Virus record (IMG/VR): IMGVR_UViG_3300043411_002995
Location: 32,001-96,000 of that record
DNA length: 64,000 bases
Direction: 5' to 3' (one strand)
Source of the DNA: a virus
Below, in pieces: positions 1-9,400 of the stretch. Position 1 is the first letter of the stretch. Each line of letters starts with the position of its first letter. Under the pieces are notes generated by a model that saw only the letters and a list, made by a program, of their open reading frames with translations, made no database searches and was not told the DNA's origin. A program made the position numbers and the translations under genes.

Positions 1-307
1 CGTGGTTGTCGATGGTGAGGGTGTCCCCGGCGGGGTCGACGGCCGCGACGGTGGAGCGGTCGCGGAGCTTGAGCAGGATCTGCTCGTTGGCGATCGTGCC
101 ATCGGCCAGGGTCATGGCCTGGCGCGGCACGCTGGCGTCGATGAGGGCGAGGCTGACGTTGGGGCTGATCGCCCCGGCGGCGGTGTAGACCGCGACGCCG
201 GCGGCGTCGAGGTAGTCATCGAAGTCGTCGAACTTCGCCTTCAGGATCTGGGCGTTGAGGGCGGCGACGGGGCTGCGGACCTGCTTGACGGTGACCTTGG
301 TGCGCAT
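1..307 (-). CDS. Hypothetical, possibly structural protein (partial, runs off the window start)
   Basis: ATG at 307 with GAAAGGA RBS upstream; open frame MRTKVTVKQVRSPVAALNAQILKAKFDDF... to the edge. Confidence 0.65.
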   Translation of the reverse strand, partial: MRTKVTVKQVRSPVAALNAQILKAKFDDFDDYLDAAGVAVYTAAGAISPNVSLALIDASVPRQAMTLADGTIANEQILLKLRDRSTVAAVDPAGDTLTIDNH

Positions 308-408
308 GGTGTCCTTTCGAGTGTCCACGCGACGGAAGTGATCCGTCGCACCAATGCCCACAGTATCCGTTGGGCGCTGGCATACGTCAATCGTACCGGG
401 AGGGTGAG

Positions 409-783
409 ATGTACCTGGATGATCGAGGTGATTCTCGAGTCATGGGGCAACAGAAGCTGCGCGAGGCGCAGGCTTGGTGGGAGTCGTGGGCGAGGGCGAT
501 CCACAAGTACCGCTGCTGGGCGGTGGTCTTCATCTCGAGGCAGTACGCCCTGCACCGGCTGGATCAAATCTACGGCAAGTCGGAGACAGTAGCGCAGGCC
601 ACGAATCTGATCAACGCGCGGAACGCGGCCCACGACTTCATGCTCATCGCGGACGAGGCCGCGCGCGCCTCGTCGGCCTGCGCCGTGGCCTGCGAGAACA
701 TGGCCCGCACCTACTTCGAGGACTACGAGAACCGCGAGGAGCTCGGGGCCTTGGACTACGAGGAGGACGATCTCTATGCGTGA
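409..783 (+). CDS. Hypothetical protein
   Basis: ORF 370..783; more plausible ATG at 409 (GGAGGG upstream) or 442; stop overlaps next start. Confidence 0.65.
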   Translation: MYLDDRGDSRVMGQQKLREAQAWWESWARAIHKYRCWAVVFISRQYALHRLDQIYGKSETVAQATNLINARNAAHDFMLIADEAARASSACAVACENMARTYFEDYENREELGALDYEEDDLYA

Positions 784-1678
784 GGGCAACCTCGAGTGCT
801 GGGACACGGTGTGGAACCCGGTGCGGGGCTGCACGCCCGTCTCGATCGGATGCGAGAACTGCATCGCGGCGCGCCAGGCCGGCTACCTGGAGCGGTACCG
901 CGCGGGCGGGGCCTACGATGGCCTGGTGCGGTGGGACCTCGGCGCCAGGCCGACATGGACGGGGCGGTCCACGAGCGACCCCGAGAAGCTCATGGAGCCG
1001 CTGATGTGGTCGCGCCCCCGCCGCGTCCTGGTGTGCAACGCCGGCGATCTCTTCGGCCCGCGGGTGCCCGACGGCTTCATCAGCGACGTGTTCATGTCGA
1101 TGGCGATGAACGAGCAGCACACGTTCTACGTGGCGACGAAGTACGCGCTGCAGATGGAGCAGTGGTTCGGCAGCTGGGCGTGCAAGACGGTGATGGACCT
1201 CGCCGCCGCGACCAACCGAGAGTGGCCGCTGCCCAACGTCTGGATGGGGATCAGCGCCGAGAACCAGTCGATGCTGGACACGCGCGCCGCGCACCTGGTC
1301 GCGGTCCCGGCAGCCCACCGCTTCCTGTTGCTCGAGCCGCTGCTCGGCCCCATGGAACTCGAGCGCGTGGAGTGCCCGGTGATGCGCGAGGAGACGTGCG
1401 CGTTGTGCTCCGACGGGCTCATGAGCGGGCCGATCACCTGTTGCGCCAACGGCTACTACAACTTGCTGGAGGAGGGCATCGATTGGGTCGTAGCTGGATG
1501 CGAGACTGGCCCACGGACGCGCATCCGGGGAACGATGGACAAGTGGGTGCGCGAGATCCGAGATCAATGCGAAGCGAACAACATCCCGTTCTTCTACAAG
1601 CAGGCCCTGGGCCGGCAGGGGCAGCGTGTCTCCCTGCCGCTGCTCGACAACCGCCAGTGGATGGAGACCCCCGTATGA
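776..1678 (+). CDS. DUF5131 / phage Gp37-Gp68 family protein (radical-SAM-like three-Cys motif)
   Basis: WNPVRGCTPVSIGCENCIA, GDLF, LPNVWMGISAENQ, LEPLLGP, IDWVVAGCETG, PFFYKQ. Confidence 0.88.
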   Translation: MREGNLECWDTVWNPVRGCTPVSIGCENCIAARQAGYLERYRAGGAYDGLVRWDLGARPTWTGRSTSDPEKLMEPLMWSRPRRVLVCNAGDLFGPRVPDGFISDVFMSMAMNEQHTFYVATKYALQMEQWFGSWACKTVMDLAAATNREWPLPNVWMGISAENQSMLDTRAAHLVAVPAAHRFLLLEPLLGPMELERVECPVMREETCALCSDGLMSGPITCCANGYYNLLEEGIDWVVAGCETGPRTRIRGTMDKWVREIRDQCEANNIPFFYKQALGRQGQRVSLPLLDNRQWMETPV

Positions 1679-1986
1679 GCAACCCCGACCAGCCGGCCGC
1701 GGTCACCCCGCCGCCGGCGACCACCGAGCAACCGCCCCCTGCCGAACCGCCCTTGCCCCCGATGCGGCCGATCGCCCCGGAGGTGCAAGCGCTGCTCGCG
1801 CGGGGCCGGCTGATCCAAGAGAGCCTCAGCAGCATCCGGGCTGTCATCGTCGACAGCGTCAAGGAGTTGGTCGAGGCCTACCCGGGCTACAAGAAGCAGA
1901 TCGCCGAGGTGCTCGAGGGCGAGTGCCAGCGCCTGCTGCGGGAGGTGCACCAAGAGAACCAGGAGGCACGGCGTGGGTCGCGGTAG
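1675..1986 (+). CDS. Hypothetical protein
   Basis: ATGA overlap with upstream stop; Pro-rich N-terminus then helical region. Confidence 0.65.
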   Translation: MSNPDQPAAVTPPPATTEQPPPAEPPLPPMRPIAPEVQALLARGRLIQESLSSIRAVIVDSVKELVEAYPGYKKQIAEVLEGECQRLLREVHQENQEARRGSR

Positions 1987-2617
1987 ATACCTCTGCTTCG
2001 AGGGGGTCAACGGCTGCGGCAAGAGCACGGTGACCGCGACCGTCGAAGCGGAGATCATCGCAGCCGGACACCGCGTCTGTCCGATCATGTTCCCCTCGGG
2101 GCGCTCGACGGCCGGCATGCTCGTCCGGTCGTACCTGCGGGGTGATCAGGAGCTGCAGAACCCGAAGGCGATGATCTACCTCTACACCGCGGACGCCCAC
2201 CTGGTGGATCCGTGGCTGCGCGCCAACCTGGCCAGCGGCATGCACGTGGTGGCCGACCGTCACACGAACATCTCGGGGCGGGTCTACCAGCTCGCGCACC
2301 ACACGAAGGAGCACATCGAGCAGCTCTGCGCGACGACGGATCTGATGGTCCCGGACGACCTGTTCATCATCGACGTGCCCGTGGAGGTGGCGCTCGAGCG
2401 GATACAGATGCGAGCGAAGTACGAGTCGAAGCACTACGAGACCAAGGAGGTGGCGCTGTTCGAGGAGTACCGCGCGCGCTACCTGGAGTTGGCGTCGACC
2501 GCGGCGGCCCGCGGTCTGGCGCAGCGCTGCCACGTGCTCAACGGGATGTGGCGGCCGTCGGAACTGGCGGTCAGGGTGTTCGAACTCCTGGGTCTTGGTC
2601 GCGAGGCCCTGGGATGA
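1973..2617 (+). CDS. tmk: Thymidylate (dTMP) kinase
   Basis: FEGVNGCGKST P-loop, VVADRH motif, PDDLFIIDVPVEVALERI. Confidence 0.88.
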   Translation: MGRGRYLCFEGVNGCGKSTVTATVEAEIIAAGHRVCPIMFPSGRSTAGMLVRSYLRGDQELQNPKAMIYLYTADAHLVDPWLRANLASGMHVVADRHTNISGRVYQLAHHTKEHIEQLCATTDLMVPDDLFIIDVPVEVALERIQMRAKYESKHYETKEVALFEEYRARYLELASTAAARGLAQRCHVLNGMWRPSELAVRVFELLGLGREALG

Positions 2618-2628
2618 GGAGTGATGCG

Positions 2629-2751
2629 ATGCAGGGATACCGGAAGGAGTGGAAGGGCCCGCGGTGGCCCCTCACCCACACGGGCACGGTGGCGCTGGTG
2701 GTGCTGGTGGTGGTGCTGATCCTGCTGCTGGCTTGGTGGTTGACACCCTGA
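2629..2751 (+). CDS. Small single-pass membrane protein
   Basis: GAGGAG RBS; hydrophobic VALVVLVVVLILLLAWWL. Confidence 0.5.
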   Translation: MQGYRKEWKGPRWPLTHTGTVALVVLVVVLILLLAWWLTP

Positions 2752-2775
2752 GGCCTCGGGCGTAACCATCCACGG

Positions 2776-2961
2776 ATGGCAAAGACCGCTGGATCTACGG
2801 ACGCATCTACGGAGGCCGTTCGGAACATCCACGTGGGAGCGCCCGAGAGCTTCCACCGCCGGCTGAAGGTGGCGTGTGCGAAGCGCGGGGTGAAGCTGAA
2901 GGAGTACGTGCTGGCCGCGCTGCAGGAGAAGGTCGAGCGCGACGAGAAGGCCGGCCGGTGA
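2776..2961 (+). CDS. Small ribbon-helix-helix-like DNA-binding protein
   Basis: RNIHVGAPESFHRRLKVACAKRGVKLKEYVLAAL pattern. Confidence 0.65.
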   Translation: MAKTAGSTDASTEAVRNIHVGAPESFHRRLKVACAKRGVKLKEYVLAALQEKVERDEKAGR

Positions 2962-3494
2962 GCTGCGCCCGCTGCGGGTCGCAACGCCTCTTCCAGTTCG
3001 AGGCGAGCAAGAGCGCGGTGGTGCCGGAGACGTTGCCGCTGGTCTGCCGCGACTGCGGGCAGATCTCGATCGGTGGCACCGCCGTCCACTTCCCGCCAGC
3101 GATGGAGCAGCACGCCAAGGATCTGGCGGAGCTCGCCGGTGTGGCGGGCAAGGAGGCCAAGGAGGAACTGCTGGCCGATCCGGACCAGCGCATCGAGATC
3201 TACTTCGCGAACGTCTACCGGCGCGCCTACCTCGAGGGGTTCTGGCGCGCCTTGTTGTTCTGGCGCCACAACGGGAAGGAGGGGCGCCTGCGGCGCGTGC
3301 GCGAGCTGTGGGGTGATCATCGCCCCATGGCGCAGCTCGCCGAGAGCGTGCGCATCGCCATCGACCTGCCGAAGACCGCGTATGATGAGCTCCGGCAGCT
3401 GCTCGAGCTCGGAGACCACCATGCCCCGCGTCCTGCGAACGAGCGTCCGTCCCCACCGCCCCGTCGTCCACGAGTGCCGCGACGAACGCGGTGA
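2958..3494 (+). CDS. Zn-finger hypothetical protein
   Basis: GTGA overlap start; CARC...CRDC. Confidence 0.65.
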   Translation: MSCARCGSQRLFQFEASKSAVVPETLPLVCRDCGQISIGGTAVHFPPAMEQHAKDLAELAGVAGKEAKEELLADPDQRIEIYFANVYRRAYLEGFWRALLFWRHNGKEGRLRRVRELWGDHRPMAQLAESVRIAIDLPKTAYDELRQLLELGDHHAPRPANERPSPPPRRPRVPRRTR

Positions 3495-3618
3495 GCGGAT
3501 CCAACGCGAGGGACGTTCCAACACCCGCTGCACGTTCTGCGGCACCCAACTCGTCTACGTGTTCGACAACACGCCCAAGAAGCTGCCAACCGTTCGGAGA
3601 CGCACATGGCCCAGATAG
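3421..3618 (+). CDS. Small hypothetical protein (HEC...CTFC)
   Basis: GGAG RBS and ATG at 3421; overlaps previous ORF by 74 nt. Confidence 0.45.
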   Translation: MPRVLRTSVRPHRPVVHECRDERGERIQREGRSNTRCTFCGTQLVYVFDNTPKKLPTVRRRTWPR

Positions 3619-4001
3619 TCGTCCGCAAGTTCACCTGCGATCGCTGCAAGAAGCCCTACAACGAGACCGAGACCGACGCTGCTGTCGACGCCCAGTCGCA
3701 CAAGCCGAAGGTGATCCTCAGCCTCGAGTCGCACATCCCGAACGAGAAGGCGCTGACCTCGCCGGAGGTCGTCAAGTTCGAGGACCTGTGCCCCAAGTGC
3801 CAGGGCCGCGTGCTCGACCTGGTCTACCAGATCCGCCTGGAGAAGGTGGAGACCGAGCCCAAGGCGGAGGCTTCGGTCGGCGATCCGGTGCCGGCGGCCG
3901 CGGACCCCACCGTGAAGGTGGACAAGCCGCCCGAGAAGACGGACAACAAGCAGAAGGGCCCTCGCGCCGGCAGTTCGGCGGAGCCCACCACCCCGCACTG
4001 A
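3606..4001 (+). CDS. Zn-ribbon hypothetical protein
   Basis: GGAG RBS; CDRC...LCPKC. Confidence 0.65.
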   Translation: MAQIVVRKFTCDRCKKPYNETETDAAVDAQSHKPKVILSLESHIPNEKALTSPEVVKFEDLCPKCQGRVLDLVYQIRLEKVETEPKAEASVGDPVPAAADPTVKVDKPPEKTDNKQKGPRAGSSAEPTTPH

Positions 4002-4018
4002 ACCGAGGAGAGACCGCG

Positions 4019-4141
<123 letters not shown>

Positions 4142-4163
4142 CCACCCTCACCATCAGCCGCGT

Positions 4164-4202
4164 ACGACGGGGGGCCATGCGCCCCCCTTCGTTTTTTTAC
4201 CC
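4164..4202 (+). terminator. Intrinsic terminator
   Basis: GGGGGGC-CATGC-GCCCCCC stem followed by T7 then ACCC. Confidence 0.8.
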
Positions 4203-4246
4203 ATCGCTTGACAGTCATACCGGGTGTGACTGAGTATGAGCGGCAG

Positions 4247-4558
4247 ATGGAAGACCAGCTCTTCGGCGTTCCTGTCACTCGCGACCTGCCGTGCACGCTC
4301 ACCGAGCCCGCGTTGCGCGAGGCCACCGCGCAGAAGGCGGAGATCGAGGACTGCGGCCTGACGATCGTGCGCGTCCACATGGTGGCGCCGGACCAGCCGT
4401 TGCGGTTCTTCATCAAGTTCAAGCCCGGGCAGCCGTCCTTCGCCACGCGGGGCAAGCTCGAGGCGCTCGGATACTCCGTGCGCCAGAAGATGAGCGACAA
4501 GGACCTCTGCTTCTACGCCGTGAAGAGCGTGGTCGAGACCAAGGGCTGGGACGTCTAG
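4247..4558 (+). CDS. Hypothetical protein
   Basis: ORF 4208..4558; ATG at 4247. Confidence 0.6.
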   Translation: MEDQLFGVPVTRDLPCTLTEPALREATAQKAEIEDCGLTIVRVHMVAPDQPLRFFIKFKPGQPSFATRGKLEALGYSVRQKMSDKDLCFYAVKSVVETKGWDV

Positions 4559-4568
4559 GAGCCAACCG

Positions 4569-5450
4569 ATGAACGCAGCGGACTACAACAAGCGCGAGCT
4601 CGAGCAGGGGCGCCTCACCTGGGCGCAACTCGCCGTCCTGTGCGAGTACGCGGACCCGGCGCGGGTGAAGACCAACGTCGCCGGCGGCGCCCTGACCTGG
4701 GCGCGCATCGCCGAGTGCGTCACCACCTTCCAGCGGAAGCGGGGGCTCAACGCCGACGGCATGGCGGGCGAGACCACCCGGGCGCGCATCAAGCTGCCGG
4801 GTGACGCGCTGCCGCCGACCACGGTGGTGCCGGTCCTCTCGATCGAGGACTGCTACAAGCCCTGGGACGGACCGGCGCTGCGCCAGCCGCGCAACCGCAA
4901 GGAGGTCATCGAGATGTTCGGCGACCCCGGGACCGTGGTCGAGAACAAGGCCTGGACCCGCGCCAACCTGGTCGAGTGCCACGAGAAGAACGGCAACCGC
5001 CTGCCGGGCGTGCCGGCGAAGTGGTGGGTCTCGGTGCATCGCGTGGTCGAGCCGTACCTGCGCGAGGCGCTGCGGCGCGTCCAGATCGTGGCCCCCGACT
5101 TCGTCATCGAGGTCCTCGGCTCCCACTGCTGGCGTCCGATCCGGGGCAAGGTCGGCAACCCGCTGTCGCTGCACAGCTGGGCGATCGCCGTCGACCTGAC
5201 CCCGAAGGTCAACCGCGGCATCGACGTGCCCAAGGGCAAGGCGCCGCAGGCGTGGACGCCGGAGTGGGACAAGCTGTTCCCGCCGGACCCGCGCCGCATC
5301 ACCCTGCCGGTGGTGAAGGCCTTCGCGAGCTGCGGCTTCGCGTGGGGCTCGGACTGGGACGAGGACGGCCTCACCACCGACGAGACCTGGCTCGACACCA
5401 TGCACCTCGAGTGGATCGCTCGCGGCAGCAGGATGGCGAACTGGGTATGA
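4569..5450 (+). CDS. Endolysin: peptidoglycan-binding domain plus M15-family Zn peptidase
   Basis: FQRKRGLNADGMAGETT (PG_binding_1-like); SLHSWAIAVD and DTMHLE Zn-ligand motifs. Confidence 0.85.
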   Translation: MNAADYNKRELEQGRLTWAQLAVLCEYADPARVKTNVAGGALTWARIAECVTTFQRKRGLNADGMAGETTRARIKLPGDALPPTTVVPVLSIEDCYKPWDGPALRQPRNRKEVIEMFGDPGTVVENKAWTRANLVECHEKNGNRLPGVPAKWWVSVHRVVEPYLREALRRVQIVAPDFVIEVLGSHCWRPIRGKVGNPLSLHSWAIAVDLTPKVNRGIDVPKGKAPQAWTPEWDKLFPPDPRRITLPVVKAFASCGFAWGSDWDEDGLTTDETWLDTMHLEWIARGSRMANWV

Positions 5451-5629
5451 GCCGGCCCCGCGGCAAGATCGTGGGTGGCTACGTCCGCCGGACGATCAGC
5501 ATCCCCAAGAAGCTGGACGACGAGCTCGAGGGCCACCTCAAGAGCCGGGACGGGGCGACGCTCTCGGCCGTCATGACCGTCGCCGCACAAGACTTCCTGC
5601 GGGCGCAGAAGCCCAAGAAGGATCGCTGA
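5447..5629 (+). CDS. Small ribbon-helix-helix-like protein
   Basis: RRTISIPKKLDDEL...TLSAVM; ATGA overlap. Confidence 0.6.
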   Translation: MSRPRGKIVGGYVRRTISIPKKLDDELEGHLKSRDGATLSAVMTVAAQDFLRAQKPKKDR

Positions 5630-6042
5630 TGCCGCTCTACGACTACGAGTGCCCTCACGGCCACCGCTTCGAGCACTTCTCGTCCATCGCCGAGCGCGAG
5701 GCGCCGATCCCGTGCGAGGGGCAGGTCAACCAGCTCGTCATGGACGACCAGGTCGTGGACAAGTACGCCGACGGGACGGAGCCGCTCCCGGACGATCTCG
5801 CCTGGCAGGAGCTGCCGGTGATCGACGAGGCGGCCGGCCAGGAGACCGAGACGGTCAAGATCCTCGTTCGCAAGGTGCCCTGCCAGCTGCAGGCGCGGCT
5901 GATCATCGGGCAGCACAACAACCCCGGCGGCGCGATCTTCCACAACGCCGCCGCCAACCGGGACGCAGCGCGCGAAGGGCGCTACGACCCAGCGAACCCC
6001 AGCCGGCGGTTCGTCACGAAAGGACGCGGATGGCGCAAGTGA
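5629..6042 (+). CDS. FmdB-like Zn-ribbon protein
   Basis: MPLYDYECPHGHRFE N-terminus. Confidence 0.7.
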   Translation: MPLYDYECPHGHRFEHFSSIAEREAPIPCEGQVNQLVMDDQVVDKYADGTEPLPDDLAWQELPVIDEAAGQETETVKILVRKVPCQLQARLIIGQHNNPGGAIFHNAAANRDAAREGRYDPANPSRRFVTKGRGWRK

Positions 6043-6224
6043 ACGGAGTCCCGGAGCTTTCTCTCCCCAAGGTCCAGCCGGTCGTCCGCGAGACGGGCGA
6101 GGCTGTCGTAGAGCTGCGGCAGAATGGCCAGCTCGTGGGCGAGATCAACTTCACCAAGATCCTGACGACCTGGGCGCAGCAGCTCGGGCTGATCAGCCGT
6201 CCCAAGCTCAAGTCGGTGCCCTGA
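6030..6224 (+). CDS. Hypothetical protein
   Basis: AAGGA RBS, ATG 6030. Confidence 0.55.
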   Translation: MAQVNGVPELSLPKVQPVVRETGEAVVELRQNGQLVGEINFTKILTTWAQQLGLISRPKLKSVP

Positions 6225-6403
6225 TGTCGATGGAGAAGTACGGGGTCGCCGACAAGGCGGCCCAGCAGCGCCAGGAGCTCGCCCAGGTGCGGGCGAAGCT
6301 CGGCGCCGCCCGGTCGGGGGAGAAGACCGCCGCCGCCCAGGAGACCATCCTGGCGCTGGAGGCCCGGGAGCGCGAGCTCCGCCAGGCCCTGACCGACCAG
6401 TAG
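6224..6403 (+). CDS. Small coiled-coil protein (59 aa, below the ORF-track cutoff)
   Basis: TGATG overlap; MSMEKYGVADKAAQQRQELAQ...EKTAAAQE...; TAG 6401-6403. Confidence 0.55.
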   Translation: MSMEKYGVADKAAQQRQELAQVRAKLGAARSGEKTAAAQETILALEARERELRQALTDQ

Positions 6404-6412
6404 CCTGCCCCG

Positions 6413-6431
6413 GGCACAAGCCTTCTGGAAC
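6413..6431 (+). promoter_or_regulatory. Candidate phage-RNAP promoter motif, copy 1
   Basis: GGCACAAG-N7-GAAC, intergenic, upstream of the ATPase/nuclease genes. Confidence 0.6.
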
Positions 6432-6506
6432 CCACCAACGCTCTGCACAATGCCGAGCCTTGGTCCGTGACCGCCGAGCTGAGCTCGGCAACGGAAAGGA
6501 TGACAC

Positions 6507-7685
6507 GTGGCTAAGACCGAGACCGAGACCGAGAACAACGAGAACGCCCCCCTCGACCTTGGGGGCCTGTCCTTCGCCGACGATGTGCACGTCGCCGGCG
6601 ACGCCCAGATCAGCTGGGTGAAGGCGCTGGGCTACGGCGTGTCCGGCAGCGGCAAGAGCAGCGTCATCGCGACGATGCCCGAGCCCCTGCTGGTCCTGCT
6701 GACCGAGAAGCAGGGGGAGATGTCGATCCGTCGGGTGAACCCGCGGGCGCACATCGTCTACATCGAGGAGACGGCGGTGTGCCGGTGTCACCAGCGCAAG
6801 CCGTCGAAGTGCCCGGACGGGGCACGGAAGGGCACGGAGCGGATCTCGGCGAAGGATGTCCTCTACGGGATCATCGACGAGCTCGCGACGAAGGACCACC
6901 CCTTCGTGTCGGTCGGCCTCGACTCGCTGACCGACCTGCAGAAGATCTTGCTGTCGCACATGAAGGGAGGCAAGGCGGCCGCGAAGATCTCCGTGGGTGA
7001 GTGGGGAACGCTGATCGACGAGACCCGCGACATCATCATCCGGCTGCGCAACCTCAACATGCACGTCGGGGTGGTCTGCCTCTCCGACGAGAAGCAGGAC
7101 CAGAACAACAGGGTGATGCAGCGGCCGTCGCTCGCCGGGAAGAAGCTGCCGGGCGACGTCGTGCAGTACTTCAACGTCTGCTTCTTCCAGCGCAAGGTCC
7201 GCGACGCGAACGCGATCGGCGGTGCGACCTACGAGTCGGTGTTCGACGCCGGCGACGAGTACTTCACCAAGGCCCACCCGGCGCTGGCGCCGGTCGAGCC
7301 CCCGCTCTTCCGGCTCTGGGTCGACAAGATCGCGGCGCACGCGAAGGCGAACGCCGAGGGCGACATGCCGTCGGCAAGCTCGCCCGTGTCGCCGGCCGTC
7401 CAGCCCAAGAAGAAGGAGAACTCGCTCAAGGCCCGCATCGAGCAGCCGAAGATCAAGGCGCTCTTCGACGAGCTCGAGTCCCCCGAGGCCAAGCGACTCG
7501 CCGGTGCGGAGAAGTACCGGTCCGACGAGAAGCTCATCGAGGTCCTCGAGAAGCGGGTCGCCGAGCAGCGGGCCAAGATCGAAGAGGACCGCCGCAAGGC
7601 GGCGCGCGAGGCCGGCGGCGGTGATCTGCCGACCACGGTGACCGAGCCGCCCCAGGCGCAGGCGTCGGCGGAGGTGCCGGCGTGA
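6507..7685 (+). CDS. AAA_24 / Sak4-like phage recombination ATPase
   Basis: Walker A YGVSGSGKSS, Walker B VGLDSLTDLQ; adjacent to a PD-(D/E)XK nuclease. Confidence 0.75.
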   Translation: MAKTETETENNENAPLDLGGLSFADDVHVAGDAQISWVKALGYGVSGSGKSSVIATMPEPLLVLLTEKQGEMSIRRVNPRAHIVYIEETAVCRCHQRKPSKCPDGARKGTERISAKDVLYGIIDELATKDHPFVSVGLDSLTDLQKILLSHMKGGKAAAKISVGEWGTLIDETRDIIIRLRNLNMHVGVVCLSDEKQDQNNRVMQRPSLAGKKLPGDVVQYFNVCFFQRKVRDANAIGGATYESVFDAGDEYFTKAHPALAPVEPPLFRLWVDKIAAHAKANAEGDMPSASSPVSPAVQPKKKENSLKARIEQPKIKALFDELESPEAKRLAGAEKYRSDEKLIEVLEKRVAEQRAKIEEDRRKAAREAGGGDLPTTVTEPPQAQASAEVPA

Positions 7686-8845
7686 GGCGGCTGGTGATCA
7701 ACGGCCAGGAGCTGAAGATCCAGAACTCGCCGACGTTCCTCGCGAACTCGGCCTGCCCGCTCAACCTCAAGCTCCACTACGTGGACAAGATCGACGAGCG
7801 GTACGTCCGGGTGGCGGCTGAGCGCGGCAAGACCGCGCACGGGGCGATCGCCGACCTGACCAAGCACTGCCTCGACGAGAAGATGCTGGTGCAGGACCTC
7901 GAGGACGGGATGCTGACGGACGCGCTGCAGCGGCACATCTCGCCCCGGATCCTGAGCGAGACGACGGCGATCTACAGCTGGCTGCGGCTGTGGCGCGAAC
8001 GCTTCAAGCTCCCGAAGAACATCCACGGCATCGAGGAGCGGGTCGCGCTCGACGACGACTTCGACGAGTGCGACTGGAAGGAGGCGAGCTACCGCGGGAT
8101 CATCGACCTGCAGCAGGTCACCGACACCCACGCGGTCATCACGGACTGGAAGAGCCAGTTCCACATCCTCTCCCAGGCCGAGCTCGACGCGCACGAGCAG
8201 GGGACGATGTACTGCTGGCTGATGTGGAAGCAGTACCCGCACCTGCGGACCTTCACCTTCCGCATCTGGTACCTGCGGTACGGCTTCTACCACGAGACGA
8301 CGCGCACCGAGGAGGACCTCGAGGTCTTCGAGAAGACCCTGATGATCCGGGAGAAGGCGCTCGCGGCGCTCGACAACTGGGACCCGGTGCCGGGGCCCCA
8401 CTGCCAGTACTGCGACTTCATCCACCTCTGCCCGATCGCCCAGGACCTCAGCCCGGGGAACCCGGAGATCATCACCCAGGAGCAGGCGACGCTGGCGGCG
8501 CAGCGCCTGGTGGTGCTCGACGTCGTGACCAAGGGTCTCAAGGAGGGTCTCAAGAACTACGTCGACAAGAACGACAGCATCCGGCTCGGCGACAAGTTCC
8601 AGTACGGCTACCGCCACAGCTCGAGCCTGAAGTGGAAGGCGGCCGATGTGGAGCAGGCCCTGCGCGACTACGACCGCGATCTGTCCGAGGTCGCCAACGT
8701 GGACGTCAAGGCGATGAAGAAGCTGATCAAGACGCTCACGCGCGAGGAGCCCGCGCTGGCTGAGCGCCTCGAGGACCTGGCCGAGACCAAGCACCGCACC
8801 GAGTTCCGGGGGTACAAGCCTGGCGCCGAGGACGACGAGGAGTAG
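7682..8845 (+). CDS. PD-(D/E)XK (RecB/Cas4-like) exonuclease
   Basis: GKTAHGAI, RGIIDL, ITDWKS, QGTMY, C-terminal CQYCDFIHLC cluster. Confidence 0.85.
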   Translation: MRRLVINGQELKIQNSPTFLANSACPLNLKLHYVDKIDERYVRVAAERGKTAHGAIADLTKHCLDEKMLVQDLEDGMLTDALQRHISPRILSETTAIYSWLRLWRERFKLPKNIHGIEERVALDDDFDECDWKEASYRGIIDLQQVTDTHAVITDWKSQFHILSQAELDAHEQGTMYCWLMWKQYPHLRTFTFRIWYLRYGFYHETTRTEEDLEVFEKTLMIREKALAALDNWDPVPGPHCQYCDFIHLCPIAQDLSPGNPEIITQEQATLAAQRLVVLDVVTKGLKEGLKNYVDKNDSIRLGDKFQYGYRHSSSLKWKAADVEQALRDYDRDLSEVANVDVKAMKKLIKTLTREEPALAERLEDLAETKHRTEFRGYKPGAEDDEE

Positions 8846-8857
8846 TAGACTCGGGGC

Positions 8858-9313
8858 ATGTCCACCCGCAGAGAGCAGCTGTTCAGCGCCAAGAAGCCGC
8901 CGCCGGGGTCCGCCATGATCCCGGCGACGGTGCGGTTCCGCCACAACAAGAAGAAGGGGCTGATCGAGCCCCTGGGAGCCCAGGAGAAGATGCTCTGCGC
9001 CCTGCGCAAGGTCTTCGCCGACATGAGCAACAAGGACGAGCGCTGGTGCATCGTCGGCAACCAGGTGCAGATCCTCGGCGCACCGACGACCACCGAAGGC
9101 AAGCCCAAGGGGCCGCAGAGCTACCGCGCGAGCGGGCGCTGCAAGGTGGCGATCATGCGGAGCGACGGGATGACGTCCAAGCTGATCGAGTTCTCGATCA
9201 GCTACAAGGACGTCGTGGACGACCGCGGCCTGGCCGACGTCATCTACTTCGATCCGACGACGGTCGATGAGGTCCCGCGGAACTCGCCCATCGATCGCTC
9301 GATGTTCGCGTAG
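8858..9313 (+). CDS. Hypothetical protein
   Basis: Clean ORF between the nuclease gene and a terminator. Confidence 0.7.
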   Translation: MSTRREQLFSAKKPPPGSAMIPATVRFRHNKKKGLIEPLGAQEKMLCALRKVFADMSNKDERWCIVGNQVQILGAPTTTEGKPKGPQSYRASGRCKVAIMRSDGMTSKLIEFSISYKDVVDDRGLADVIYFDPTTVDEVPRNSPIDRSMFA

Positions 9314-9335
9314 CCGCGGCGCCGTCTGCGGTGGT

Positions 9336-9371
9336 GGAGAGCCCCTGGTCTCGGGGGCTCTCCTTTTTTTT
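9336..9371 (+). terminator. Intrinsic terminator
   Basis: GGAGAGCCCC / GGGGCTCTCC 10-bp stem followed by T8. Confidence 0.9.
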
Positions 9372-9372
9372 G

Positions 9373-9391
9373 GGCACAAGGGATGAAGAAG
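9373..9391 (+). promoter_or_regulatory. Candidate phage-RNAP promoter motif, copy 2
   Basis: GGCACAAG-N7-GAAG directly after the terminator, merging into the AGGAGG RBS of the clamp gene. Confidence 0.6.
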
Positions 9392-9400
9392 GAGGTGTCC

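Noticed and set aside
379-396. GGCATACG-N6-GTAC upstream of the first + strand gene
   Set aside because: Mismatched in both halves of the motif; not counted as a copy.
4208-4240. TTGACA at 4208 and at 2740 as sigma70 promoters
   Set aside because: Perfect -35 but no TAnnnT at 16-18 nt spacing; possible but unsupported.
7682-8845. Cas4-like nuclease as evidence of CRISPR-Cas
   Set aside because: No array or other cas genes; pairing with a Sak4-like ATPase points to phage recombination.
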